From: Candidatus Oxydemutatoraceae bacterium
GTDB lineage: Bacteria; Pseudomonadota; Gammaproteobacteria; Poriferisulfidales; Oxydemutatoraceae
Reading direction: 5' to 3'
Assembly (NCBI GenBank): GCA_965218975.1
Contig: OZ244717.1
Location: 1,088,001 to 1,152,000 of the forward strand
Length of the DNA: 64,000 nucleotides
Shown here piece after piece: positions 10,023-19,874 of this stretch. The position numbers and the translations under genes were made by a program. Within the stretch, counting starts at the first letter, position 1. Each line of letters starts with the position of its first letter. Under the pieces are notes generated by a model. It was not told the DNA's origin. It made no database searches and saw nothing but the letters and a program-made list of their open reading frames with translations.

Positions 10023-12020
10023 ATGATTCCTCTCCGCATCTTCATAAGCAGCGTGCAGAGCGAGTTCGCGCGGGAGCGCGAGGCCTTGCGCGCCTATCTG
10101 CGCGAAGACCCGATGATGCGGCGGTTCTTCGAGGTGTTCCTGTTCGAGGACGTCCCGGCGACAGACCGGCGCCCCGATGAGCTTTACCTGGACGAAGTTG
10201 AACGGTGCGATCTCTATGTGGGGCTGTTCGGAAAGGATTACGGGGCCGAAGACGACACGGGGATGTCGCCGACGGAGCGGGAGTTCGACCGCGCCACGGC
10301 GCTTGGCAAGCATCGCCTGATTTTCCTGAAGGCCGTGCATTCTGGTGTTCGGCATCCGAAAATGCGATCGTTGATCGGCAAGGCGCAAGGCAGGCTGATC
10401 CGAAAGCAATTCAACACTCGGGCGGAGTTGTTGGCCAGCTTATACGCGGCATTGGTGGAGTTCCTTGAAGGCAAGGAACTGCTGCGCTTCGAGCCGTTTG
10501 ACGCGACGCCTTGTGAGGGGGCCACGCTTGATGATCTCGATGCTGCACGGATGACCCGGTTCATCCGCACGGCCCGCAGAATTAGACAGTTTCCACTGGA
10601 CGAAGACACTCCGCCGGAGGACTTGCTCAAGCATCTGAACCTGTTGAACAAAGGGCGGCTGAGCAATGCCGCCGTGTTGCTGTTTGGTAAAGCGCCGCAA
10701 CGGTTTCTAATCTCGTCCGAGATCAAGTGCGCCCACTTCCACGGCACGGAAGTTGCCAAGCCTATTCCCTCCTATCAGGTCTACAAGGGAACGGTGTTTG
10801 ATCTGGTGGATCAGGCGGTGGACTTCGTATTGAGCAAGATCGCGTTGTCGATAGGCACGCGGGCGAAGAGCGTTGAAGTCCCGACAGCCTATGAGATTCC
10901 GAAGGAGGTAGTGACCGAGGCTATCGTAAACGCGGTGGTCCATCGCGACTACACAGATAACAGCAGCGTGCAGGTGATGCTCTTCGCGGACCGGTTGGAT
11001 GTGATGAATACGGGCCGACTGCCGCCGCCGCTGACTGTAGAGAAACTACGCGTTGCGCACGAGTCGTTGCCCGGCAATCCCCTGCTGGCAGATTCCATGT
11101 ACTTTGCCAGGTACATTGAAAAGATGGGAACGGGAACGGTGGATATGATCAAGCGCTGTGTGGCGGCCGGTCTGCCGGAGCCAGAGTTCGTTGCCAGCGG
11201 GGGCTTTGTCGCGACCGTACGGCGGCCGCGGAGTCATGCCTGCACTGTGACGGCGTATTGCGGCCGCGAGCCGCTGGCTGATGTCAACATACTGGCACTG
11301 TTTCCCGACAGAACCTGGAAGCGCTCAAGAACCGACGAACATGGAGAGGCACATATCGAACTGCATTCCCTCCATCTGCCTATGACGGTGTTCGCGGCTG
11401 CGGCGGGCTTTGCCGCATGCACAGAGTACGGCTGGACACCCTTAGAACAAGCACTCTCGCTGGAACTTAATTCGTTAAATGACGGCGGCGCGGTTATCTT
11501 CCCCAATGCGACCGGCTACCTCCCTAGGCTTGAAGGTAGATTGAATCCTATTCGGGATACCCATGGCCGCACCTATCTTTATGCTTCAAACATCTCCATC
11601 AACGACGGCCAACCGCAACCGGTTCACTTCGTCCTTGGCGAGGAACTGCGCCTCACTGACGCTGACGGGAACGAACTTCTGGCACGCGTTGTTGACATCG
11701 TAGGTCGGTCAGCGCTGATAGAGTATCGTGCGACTCGGGCTTCATCGGTAACACGGCCAGAGTCACGGCCAGAGTCACTGGAGGCGAAGGTGCTAAGCCT
11801 GTTGGCCGTAGGGCCGATGTCGAAGACCGAGTTGTCCAGGAACTTAGGGCAGAAGAAAATCTCCGGGCAACTCAACAAGGTCGTTCGGCTGCTTGTGACT
11901 GAACGGTTGATTGAGTACACGCTGCCGGACAAACCTCGCAGTCGGCTGCAAAAATATCAGCTGACGGACAAGGGGCGCGCCGCTGTTGAAAACATCAGAA
12001 CAGAAGGCACAGAATCATGA
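10023..12020 (+). CDS. DUF4062-domain plus RecG-like ATP-binding domain plus C-terminal HTH protein
   Basis: RIFISSVQSEFARER, CDLYVGLFGKDYG, SPTEREF, EAIVNAVVHRDY, IEKMGTG, YTLPDKPRSRLQKYQLT. Confidence 0.85.
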   Translation: MIPLRIFISSVQSEFAREREALRAYLREDPMMRRFFEVFLFEDVPATDRRPDELYLDEVERCDLYVGLFGKDYGAEDDTGMSPTEREFDRATALGKHRLIFLKAVHSGVRHPKMRSLIGKAQGRLIRKQFNTRAELLASLYAALVEFLEGKELLRFEPFDATPCEGATLDDLDAARMTRFIRTARRIRQFPLDEDTPPEDLLKHLNLLNKGRLSNAAVLLFGKAPQRFLISSEIKCAHFHGTEVAKPIPSYQVYKGTVFDLVDQAVDFVLSKIALSIGTRAKSVEVPTAYEIPKEVVTEAIVNAVVHRDYTDNSSVQVMLFADRLDVMNTGRLPPPLTVEKLRVAHESLPGNPLLADSMYFARYIEKMGTGTVDMIKRCVAAGLPEPEFVASGGFVATVRRPRSHACTVTAYCGREPLADVNILALFPDRTWKRSRTDEHGEAHIELHSLHLPMTVFAAAAGFAACTEYGWTPLEQALSLELNSLNDGGAVIFPNATGYLPRLEGRLNPIRDTHGRTYLYASNISINDGQPQPVHFVLGEELRLTDADGNELLARVVDIVGRSALIEYRATRASSVTRPESRPESLEAKVLSLLAVGPMSKTELSRNLGQKKISGQLNKVVRLLVTERLIEYTLPDKPRSRLQKYQLTDKGRAAVENIRTEGTES

Positions 12021-12342
12021 GCACCGTCGGAGAACGAGAAATCCGCACGCAACAGCGTGTCGTCAAGTTCTTCCGTGACGCGCTCGGCTATGTCTATCTC
12101 GGTAACCGGAAGGACCGCTCCGACAACCGCAATGTCGAGAAAGACCGGGTTGCCGACCGACTCAAACGCCAAGGGTACAGAGATAAAATCATCGGCAAGG
12201 TGCTGTTTGAGCCGAACAAGGCAACGACGCTTGGCAGCAATAAGAATCTCTACGATGCCAGTTGTGAGGTCTATGGTCTGCCGCGCTATGGCGTGACCGA
12301 GACACCGGAGAAGTACTGGTTGCATTGGAAGGAAGCCGATAC
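12017..12342 (+). pseudogene. hsdR 5' remnant with internal deletion
   Basis: MSTVGEREIRTQQRVVKFFRDALGY...RYGVTETPEKYWLHWKEAD aligns to the HsdR N-terminus with the nuclease segment missing. Confidence 0.9.
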
Positions 12343-12417
12343 AAGACCCGCGCCGTCAAGCAGGGCATGATGCAGCAGCTTCTCACCGGGCGGGTAAGGC
12401 TGGTCAAATCGGAGTAG
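12343..12417 (+). pseudogene. hsdS 3' remnant
   Basis: Translates to KTRAVKQGMMQQLLTGRVRLVKSE*, matching the C-terminus of the hsdS at 1114-2379. Confidence 0.9.
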
Positions 12418-12419
12418 TC

Positions 12420-12905
12420 ATGGCGGTAACGTACTTAGACCAAAAGATCGATTCGTTGGTACAAGAACGCAAGCCCGCATCTGCCGATTGGCGCAATCGG
12501 ATTCGGCTAAAACCTAAGCGGGGACCCCTATGGCAGTCGCAACTGGATCTGACCGGTGATGCAGGTAGTGAGTTCCGTTTGATCTTTAGGCAGAACAAGA
12601 TCAACCTGCTCGACTTCTCGGTCATCCTGGCTGTTCGAGTTCCGGAGTCGAATCAGATATTCCGCCTCCGGCGTTACAATGGCAAGAGTCACGAACACAC
12701 CAACCATATTGAAGCCATCACATTTTATGATTTCCACATTCATGTTGCGGCGGAGCGGTATCAGGAGTACGGAACACGAGAGGATGCCTACGCCGAGCCG
12801 ACTGATCGTTACGGCGACTTCCAATGCGCTCTTCGCTGCCTAATTGACGATGCGAATCTCAAAGTTCCGCCTGAATCGCAGGGTGACCTTTTCGAGGAGC
12901 GCTAA
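12420..12905 (+). CDS. Hypothetical protein, DUF6978-like (His-rich HxN...HxH)
   Basis: RLRRYNGKSHEHTN...FHIH motif; abuts the following DUF1828-like gene. Confidence 0.6.
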   Translation: MAVTYLDQKIDSLVQERKPASADWRNRIRLKPKRGPLWQSQLDLTGDAGSEFRLIFRQNKINLLDFSVILAVRVPESNQIFRLRRYNGKSHEHTNHIEAITFYDFHIHVAAERYQEYGTREDAYAEPTDRYGDFQCALRCLIDDANLKVPPESQGDLFEER

Positions 12906-13685
12906 GTGATGTCCGCCGAGACCATAGAACGAGATTTCCACCGGAAGGTTTCGGCGAAGGTTCGGTTAGCGGCCGAGGGTATGGAACGCTTCCGCGTGTT
13001 TACTCCGTTCCTGTTCGAGGACGGTGATCACTTAACCATTGTCCTGAAGAAAGAGGGCCCTCGGTGGGTATTGTCCGATGAGGCGCACACATACATGCAC
13101 CTAACCTATGACGTTGATGAAAGGGAGCTTCACAGCGGAACACGCCAGAAGATCATATCAAACGCATTGTCCATGTTCCAGATCGAGGACCGGGATGGCG
13201 AGTTGGTACTCGATGTTCCGGATGAGCGTTACGGAGACGCCCTTTATTCCTTCATACAGGGGCTTCTCAAAATCTCCGACGTATCCTACCTGTCACGGGA
13301 ACGGGTTCGGTCCACGTTTATGGAGGATTTTCGGGCACTGCTGAGTGATGCTGTCTCGGAAAAGCGCAGAAGTTTCGACTGGAGCGACCCCAGACATGAC
13401 CCTAAAGGGATTTACACTGTGGACTGCCGAATCAACGGCATGCACCGGCCACTTTTTGTTCACGCCCTTGCGAGTGACGATAGGACCCGCGACGCTACGA
13501 TAACGCTGCACCAGTTCGAGAAGTGGGGGATTCGGTTCCGGTCCCTGGCCATCTTCGAGGATCAGGAGTCGATCAATCGCAAGGTGCTGGCACGCTTCAG
13601 CGACGTCTGCGAGAAGCAGTTCTCCAGCCTTACCGCGAACCGTGAAAGGATCGCGTATTTTCTGGATGAACGCATCTCGGGATGA
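12906..13685 (+). CDS. DUF1828/DUF1829-like protein
   Basis: [13 protein letters not shown]...[10 protein letters not shown]-terminus and a C-terminal restriction-fold-like region (YTVDCRI). Confidence 0.7.
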   Translation: MMSAETIERDFHRKVSAKVRLAAEGMERFRVFTPFLFEDGDHLTIVLKKEGPRWVLSDEAHTYMHLTYDVDERELHSGTRQKIISNALSMFQIEDRDGELVLDVPDERYGDALYSFIQGLLKISDVSYLSRERVRSTFMEDFRALLSDAVSEKRRSFDWSDPRHDPKGIYTVDCRINGMHRPLFVHALASDDRTRDATITLHQFEKWGIRFRSLAIFEDQESINRKVLARFSDVCEKQFSSLTANRERIAYFLDERISG

Positions 13686-13701
13686 GACGTATCTGACCTT
13701 G

Positions 13702-13979
13702 ACGTTGAGAAGATGCGCCTCACCCGCTGGTTGAGACGTTAGGGTCACGGCGACAAGATCATCAACAAGGCATTGTGCGAGATGGATAAGGCAGTAGCGT
13801 TCGGTGGCAGTAAGAACCTTCACGATGCCAATTGCGAGACCTACAGCCTGCTCCGCTATGATACGATCGAGACACCGGAGAAGTACTGGCTGCGTTGGAA
13901 GGAAGCCGAGGCCGCCTCGGATGCTAGCGACAACCCGTTACTCCGTGAACTGGGGTAGCTTTGCGACAAGGAGCGGCTT
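13702..13979 (+). pseudogene. Second hsdR 5' remnant with the same internal deletion and in-frame stops
   Basis: WLRR*GHGDKIINKAL...KNLHDANCETYSLLRYDTIETPEKYWLRWKEAE...LLRELG*LCDKERL. Confidence 0.88.
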
Positions 13980-14014
13980 TTCAAACCTGAAACTCTGGGA
14001 AAAAAGATGACGAC

Positions 14015-15595
14015 ATGAGCGAGAGTCAGAACATAGAATGGAAAAAGACGTGGCGGGACGAATACCTAAAATGGATCTGCGGCTTCACCAATGCTCAGGG
14101 CGGCGTACTGGAAATCGGCAAGAATGACCGGGGTGAAGTGGTCGGAGTGAAGGGTATTCTCCAGCTGCTTGAGGAGACCCCCAATAAGGTGCAGGCATTG
14201 CTCAGCATCGTGGTTGACGTGAACTTGAAGTCGGAAGACGGTAGGGAATATCTGGAAATCGCGGTTGATCCTTATCCGAATCCAATCAGCTACAAAGGCG
14301 AATTTCACTATCGAAGCGGCAGCACCAAGCAGGTGCTCAGAGGTGCGGCGCTTAGCCGTTTCCTGTTGCAGAAATATGGCCGAACGTGGGACGATGCACC
14401 CCTGCCGGGTGTCGGCCTCAAGGACTTGGACAGTCGTGTCTTTGATAGGTTTCGCCGGCGGGGCGCCGACAGTGAACGCTTGCCGCGAGACATCTTGGAC
14501 GAATCCAATGAGAGAGTGATCGAAAGGCTGCAACTGCGAGAGGCGAGTTTCCTGAGACGCGCCGCGGTACTGCTTTTTCACCCAGCGCCGGACCGGTTCG
14601 TGATGGAAGCCTATGTGAAGATCGGCTATTTCCGCGGTTCGGAGCTGTTGTATCAGGATGTTGTCGAAGGCGACTTGTTCACTCAGGTCGATCGGACGAT
14701 GGACTTGCTGTACACAAAGTACACGAAAGCATTGATTTCCTACGACGGCGTTTACCGTGTGGAGACTTTTCCCGTGCCGCGCGAAGCTATGCGCGAAGCG
14801 GTGATCAACGCCATTATTCACCGGGACTACGCTAGTCCCACCACGATTCAGATTCGCGTGTACGACGATCGGGTCGCGATCTGGAACGCGGTGCAGTTGC
14901 CGCCTGAATGGACCGCTGCCGGTCAACGTACTGGGGAATTTTCGTCAAAGCCGTACAACCCACGGATTGCTTACGCATTCTTCCGAGCCGGAATGATTGA
15001 AGCTTGGGGACGAGGCATCCGGCGAATCGTGGAAATGTGCAAGGAGGCCGGCAATCCCACGCCAAAGTGGGAATTGGAACCGGGTGGTGACGGTTTATGG
15101 TTGAAGCTTCCATTCTCTGCCGCGTATCAAGTGGCCGATTCTCTTGTTGGCAGTGTCGCTACCCCCAAGACTACCTCAAAGACTACCCAGGAACGAATCC
15201 TGGTCTTACTCAAAGCTGAGCCTGAGCTCACCCGGCGTATGCTCGCCGAACGTGTTGGCCTTACGCCGAATGGGCTTAAGTATCACTTGAATAAGCTGCG
15301 TGCTGCCGGAGCCATCCGGCATGTCGGACCGACCAGAACAGGTCGCTGGGAGGTGCTGACTACCCCAAAGACTACCCAAAAAACTAGCCAAGAACAAGAG
15401 AAAACTAGGGAGAAAATTTTGGCCATGATTGCCGCTGATCCCTCAATTACTACGGCAGAGCTGGCGAACCGACTCGGAATCACGTCAAAGGGCATTGAGT
15501 GGCAGATCAGCAAGCTGAAACAAACGGGCATTCTTAAACGAATTGGGCCCGCCAAGGGCGGTCATTGGAAAGTGGTGGAAACAAAGGATGAGTAA
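14015..15595 (+). CDS. AlbA_2/RecG-like ATP-binding protein with two tandem C-terminal HTH domains
   Basis: ESQNIEWK, REAVINAIIHRDY, EAWGRGI, and two HTH units each ending in G.W (GPTRTGRWEV; GPAKGGHWKV). Confidence 0.88.
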   Translation: MSESQNIEWKKTWRDEYLKWICGFTNAQGGVLEIGKNDRGEVVGVKGILQLLEETPNKVQALLSIVVDVNLKSEDGREYLEIAVDPYPNPISYKGEFHYRSGSTKQVLRGAALSRFLLQKYGRTWDDAPLPGVGLKDLDSRVFDRFRRRGADSERLPRDILDESNERVIERLQLREASFLRRAAVLLFHPAPDRFVMEAYVKIGYFRGSELLYQDVVEGDLFTQVDRTMDLLYTKYTKALISYDGVYRVETFPVPREAMREAVINAIIHRDYASPTTIQIRVYDDRVAIWNAVQLPPEWTAAGQRTGEFSSKPYNPRIAYAFFRAGMIEAWGRGIRRIVEMCKEAGNPTPKWELEPGGDGLWLKLPFSAAYQVADSLVGSVATPKTTSKTTQERILVLLKAEPELTRRMLAERVGLTPNGLKYHLNKLRAAGAIRHVGPTRTGRWEVLTTPKTTQKTSQEQEKTREKILAMIAADPSITTAELANRLGITSKGIEWQISKLKQTGILKRIGPAKGGHWKVVETKDE

Positions 15596-18500
15596 GGTCG
15601 GCCAGCGGGAAATCCAAACCCAGCAAGAGGTAGTTGCCTTCTTCCGGGACACGCTCGGCTACAGGTATCTCGGTCACTGGCAGGACCGGTTCGGCAACTG
15701 CAACGTCGAGATAGGGCTGGTTGAAGACTGGCTTAAGCGCCAGGGGTGCAGCGATAAGATCATCGAAAAGGCGCTACTCGAGCTGAATAAGGTAGCGGGG
15801 TTCGGTGACGGTAAGAACCTCTACGATGCCAATCACGAGACCTACAGCCTGCTTCGTTACGGTGTGAAGGTGCAGCCGAACGTGGGCGAAAGAAACGAGA
15901 CGGTCTGGCTGATTGATTGGAAGGACCCCGCCAACAACGACTTCGCCGTCGCCGAAGAGGTGACGGTTATCGGCGAGAATAACAAGCGACCCGATCTCGT
16001 GCTCTACGTCAACGGCATTGCCTTGGGGGTGCTGGAACTAAAGCGCTCGACAGTGTCGGTGACCGAGGGCATCCGCCAGAACCTCGACAGCCAAAAGAAG
16101 GAATTCATCCAGTCATTTTTCGCCACCGTGCAGCTCGTGATGGCGGGCAACGACACCGAGGGCCTGCGCTACGGCGTGATCGGGACGTCGGAGAAATACT
16201 GGCTGCACTGGAAGGAAGCCGATGCCGACCCGGGCGCCAGCGATAAATCGCTGCTGCTCCGCGAGCTGGGGCAGCTCTGCCGCAAGGAGCGGCTGCTGGA
16301 GATCATCCACGATTTCGTCGTCTTTGATACGGGTACCAAAAAGATCTGCCGCCACAACCAGTACTTCGGCGTGAAGGCGGCGCAGGCCCGCGTGGAGCAC
16401 CGCGAGGGCGGCATCGTCTGGCATACCCAAGGCAGCGGCAAGAGCCTGACCATGGTCTGGCTGGCCAAGTGGATCCGCGAGCACGTCACAGACGCTCGGG
16501 TACTACTCATCACCGATCGCACCGAACTGGACGAGCAGATCGAGAAGGTCTTCAAGGGCGTCAGCGAGGACCTCCATCGCACGGAAAGCGGTGCCGACTT
16601 GGTGCGTGTGCTCAACACCAGCGACGAATGGCTGATCGCTTCGCTAATCCACAAGTTCGGCGCGTCCGAAGAAGGCGACGTCGATAAATTCGTCGAGGAC
16701 ATTCGCAGCCACCTGCCCAAAGACTTCCGCGCCAAGGGCGATATCTTCGTCTTCGTAGATGAGTGCCACCGCACTCAGTCCGGCAAGCTCCACGACGCGA
16801 TGAAGGCGCTGCTGCCGGGAGCCATGCTGATCGGTTTCACCGGAACGCCTTTGCTCAAGAGCGACAAGCGACAGAGCATCGAAACCTTCGGGCCGTACAT
16901 CCACACCTATAAGTACGAAGAGGCAGTGAGAGACCGCGTAGTGCTGGACTTGCGCTACGAGGCGCGCGACATTGATCAGAACATCACCTCGCAGACCAAG
17001 ATTGATCAGTGGTTTGATCTGAAGACTTGTGGACTGGCCGATGTGGCTAAGGCCCGGCTTAAGCAGCGTTGGGGCACGATGCGGAGGGTCCTGAGCGCGC
17101 GCGAACGGTTGGAAAAAATTGTCGCTGATATTCTGCTCGACATGGAGACGCGCGACCGTCTCAAGAGCGGCCGCGGCAACGCCATGCTTGTATCCGACAG
17201 CATCTACTCGGCCTGCCGTTTCTTCGAGAGGTTTCAGGAGCACGGTCTGGCGGGAAAATGTGCCATCGTCACTTCATACAGACCGGCCTGTTCGGACATC
17301 AAGGGAGAAGAAACAGGAGAAGGACTCACCGAGAAGCTGCTGCAGTACTACACCTATCGGAAGATGCTCGCCGTGCACTTCAACGAGCCGGAAGAAACGG
17401 CGATGCACAAGGTCAATACCTTCGAGAAGGAGGTGAAGAGGCGCTTCGTTAAGGAACCAGGGCAGATGAATCTTTTGATCGTGGTAGATAAGCTGCTGAC
17501 CGGTTTCGACGCTCCTCCGGCAACCTATCTCTACATCGACAAGCACATGCAGGACCACGGCTTGTTCCAGGCGATCTGTCGGGTGAACCGCCTCGACGGT
17601 GAAGACAAAGAATACGGCTATATCATTGACTACAAGGATCTGTTCCGGTCGCTTGAGAGATCAATCAAGGACTACACCGGCGAAGCATTCGACGGCTACG
17701 ACAAGGCTGACGTAGAGGGGCTGTTGAAGGACCGACTCCGGCAGGGCCGGAAACAGCTGGAGGGGGCACGCGAGGAAATCAAAGATCTGTGCGAGTTAGT
17801 TGAGCCACCGTACGACATGGAGGCCTATCTGCGTTTTTTCTGCGCGGCCGAAAGCGGCAATGTTCGACAGCTCAAGGAGAACGAACCCAAGCGGGTTAAG
17901 TTGTACAAGCGGAGTGCAGCTTTCCTACGCGCCTATGCCAACTTGGCCAACGAGATGCGCGAGGCCGGCTATTCCGATGCTGAGACTCAGGAGATCAAAG
18001 CCGAAGTGGACCACTACGAGAAGGTTCGCCAGGAGGTCAAGTTGGCCAGTGGCGACTACATTGATCTGAAGGTGTACGAGCCAGCCATGCGTCACCTGCT
18101 CGATACGTACATTCGCGCCGAAGAGAGCGAGCAGCTATCGAAATTCGACGATCTGACGCTTGTGCAACTGATTGTCGAGCAAGGCGAACAGGCGCTCGAT
18201 TCGCTTCCCGAGGGCATCCGCAAGAGCCAAAGCGCGAAAGCTGAGACAATTGAAAACAACGTCCGGCGGTTCATCATCGACAAGATGGCGGTCAACCCAA
18301 AATATTACGAGAAGATGTCGGAGCTGCTGGAAGCCTTGATCCGGCAACGCAAGCAAGAGGCGATTGACTACAAGAAATATCTGGCGCAGATCGTCAGTCT
18401 GATCGGAAAGATCAGCCGGCCGGAGACCCAAGCATCCTATCCTCCGCGCATCAACAGCCCGGCATTGAGAGCGCTTTTCGATAACTTAGATGGCTTAAAG

Positions 18501-18740
18501 GAGCGGGATTTGGCAGTACGAGAGCCAAAAGCAGATTTTGGCGCTGAGCCGGACGCGGACCTCAGAGAGGCGATGGCGCTTGCCTTGGATTGCGCCATCC
18601 GCCTGAAAAAAAAGGCGGACTGGCGGGGCAACAGGCTCAAGGAACGCGAGATCCTCAACGTCATCGAGTCGGAACTCGACGGCGACGAGAGCCTTGCAAA
18701 AGCGATATTCGAGATCGTGAAGGCGCAGGGTGACTACTAA
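15588..18740 (+). CDS. hsdR: Type I restriction endonuclease subunit R
   Basis: RPDLVLYVNG..ELK, HTQGSGKS, DECHR, FTGTP, LLTGFD, QAICRVNR; ATG at 15588. Confidence 0.96.
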   Translation: MSKVGQREIQTQQEVVAFFRDTLGYRYLGHWQDRFGNCNVEIGLVEDWLKRQGCSDKIIEKALLELNKVAGFGDGKNLYDANHETYSLLRYGVKVQPNVGERNETVWLIDWKDPANNDFAVAEEVTVIGENNKRPDLVLYVNGIALGVLELKRSTVSVTEGIRQNLDSQKKEFIQSFFATVQLVMAGNDTEGLRYGVIGTSEKYWLHWKEADADPGASDKSLLLRELGQLCRKERLLEIIHDFVVFDTGTKKICRHNQYFGVKAAQARVEHREGGIVWHTQGSGKSLTMVWLAKWIREHVTDARVLLITDRTELDEQIEKVFKGVSEDLHRTESGADLVRVLNTSDEWLIASLIHKFGASEEGDVDKFVEDIRSHLPKDFRAKGDIFVFVDECHRTQSGKLHDAMKALLPGAMLIGFTGTPLLKSDKRQSIETFGPYIHTYKYEEAVRDRVVLDLRYEARDIDQNITSQTKIDQWFDLKTCGLADVAKARLKQRWGTMRRVLSARERLEKIVADILLDMETRDRLKSGRGNAMLVSDSIYSACRFFERFQEHGLAGKCAIVTSYRPACSDIKGEETGEGLTEKLLQYYTYRKMLAVHFNEPEETAMHKVNTFEKEVKRRFVKEPGQMNLLIVVDKLLTGFDAPPATYLYIDKHMQDHGLFQAICRVNRLDGEDKEYGYIIDYKDLFRSLERSIKDYTGEAFDGYDKADVEGLLKDRLRQGRKQLEGAREEIKDLCELVEPPYDMEAYLRFFCAAESGNVRQLKENEPKRVKLYKRSAAFLRAYANLANEMREAGYSDAETQEIKAEVDHYEKVRQEVKLASGDYIDLKVYEPAMRHLLDTYIRAEESEQLSKFDDLTLVQLIVEQGEQALDSLPEGIRKSQSAKAETIENNVRRFIIDKMAVNPKYYEKMSELLEALIRQRKQEAIDYKKYLAQIVSLIGKISRPETQASYPPRINSPALRALFDNLDGLKERDLAVREPKADFGAEPDADLREAMALALDCAIRLKKKADWRGNRLKEREILNVIESELDGDESLAKAIFEIVKAQGDY

Positions 18741-19464
18741 GGTTAGGCGTTACCGCATTGATATACGCGGGATACCGGTAGAGGTCGTCCGCAAGGACAT
18801 CAAGAACCTCTACATAGGCGTGTATCCGCCGAGCGGTCGGGTGCGGGTGGCCGCACCGCTGCGGCTCGACGATGATCCTGTGCGGCTAGCCGTTATTTTG
18901 CGCTTGGGGTGGATTCGCCGGAAGCGGGCCGAATTCGCAAAACAGGCTCGCCAGTCCCGACGCGAGTTTGTGACCGGTGAGAGCCATTACTTTCGGGGCC
19001 GGCGCTATCGACTCGATGTGATTGAGCGCGACGGCCCCCCGGCGGTTCGTCTGCTTCGCAACACAAAGATGTCGTTGCAGGTCCGCCCGGGCACCGACCG
19101 GGACGCGAAGGAGGCGATTCTAGAGCGATGGTACCGCCGTCAGCTCCGTGACCAGCTGCCGGAACTATGCGGCAAATGGGCGCGGAAAATCAATGTGACG
19201 GTTGATGAGGTACGAATCAAAAAAATGAAGACCCTTTGGGGTTCGTGTAATATCGAAGCCAAGCGCATCTGGCTAAATCTCGAATTGGCAAAGAAACCGC
19301 CCGCGTGTCTCGAATACATCCTGGTGCATGAAATGGTTCATTTTCTAGAACGTCACCACAATGAGCGTTTTCGTGAACTAATGGATGTGTTGATGCCTAC
19401 GTGGCGATCGGTCAAGGATACGTTGAATCAGGCGCCGTTGAGTCATAAAGACTGGCGTTATTGA
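18730..19464 (+). CDS. M48/YgjP-like metallopeptidase (DUF45), type I RM-associated
   Basis: MKTLWGSC, YILVHEMVH..ERHHN. Confidence 0.9.
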   Translation: MTTKVRRYRIDIRGIPVEVVRKDIKNLYIGVYPPSGRVRVAAPLRLDDDPVRLAVILRLGWIRRKRAEFAKQARQSRREFVTGESHYFRGRRYRLDVIERDGPPAVRLLRNTKMSLQVRPGTDRDAKEAILERWYRRQLRDQLPELCGKWARKINVTVDEVRIKKMKTLWGSCNIEAKRIWLNLELAKKPPACLEYILVHEMVHFLERHHNERFRELMDVLMPTWRSVKDTLNQAPLSHKDWRY

Positions 19465-19874
19465 TAAAATAGAATCTTCAGCAGCAATTCTCAGAGGCTT
19501 AGAGAATTGAGCTAGCTATGAAATCAATTTTGTAAATAGAGTACCCGGAGCGGTTTCTTCTCGACCGCCATCCGATTAAAGCAACATGCTACAATAGGCG
19601 AGCCTTATACAAGGCTTTGGTTTCCAACAAAAATACTTAGTATATTTATTGTATATGTGAGCTATACATCCGGCGTCAGCCGTAGCGATAAATTATATTG
19701 TGCATGATTTTTGCAGGACTCACTAATGAATCGTTGGGTATTGTTAGCAAAATGAGTAACGAGTATTCCGCGCATTCACTGTTTCAATATAAAAAGTTAG
19801 CGACTAAAATTCGTAACCGCAATCGGATAGCCGAGAGTTTGAATCTCTTAAGGTTTGCCATCGGAATTTTTTCT

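Noticed and set aside
1114-12417. Invertible hsdS shufflon
   Set aside because: The second hsdS piece is only the 3' conserved tail, in direct orientation, with no TRD, inverted repeats or recombinase nearby.
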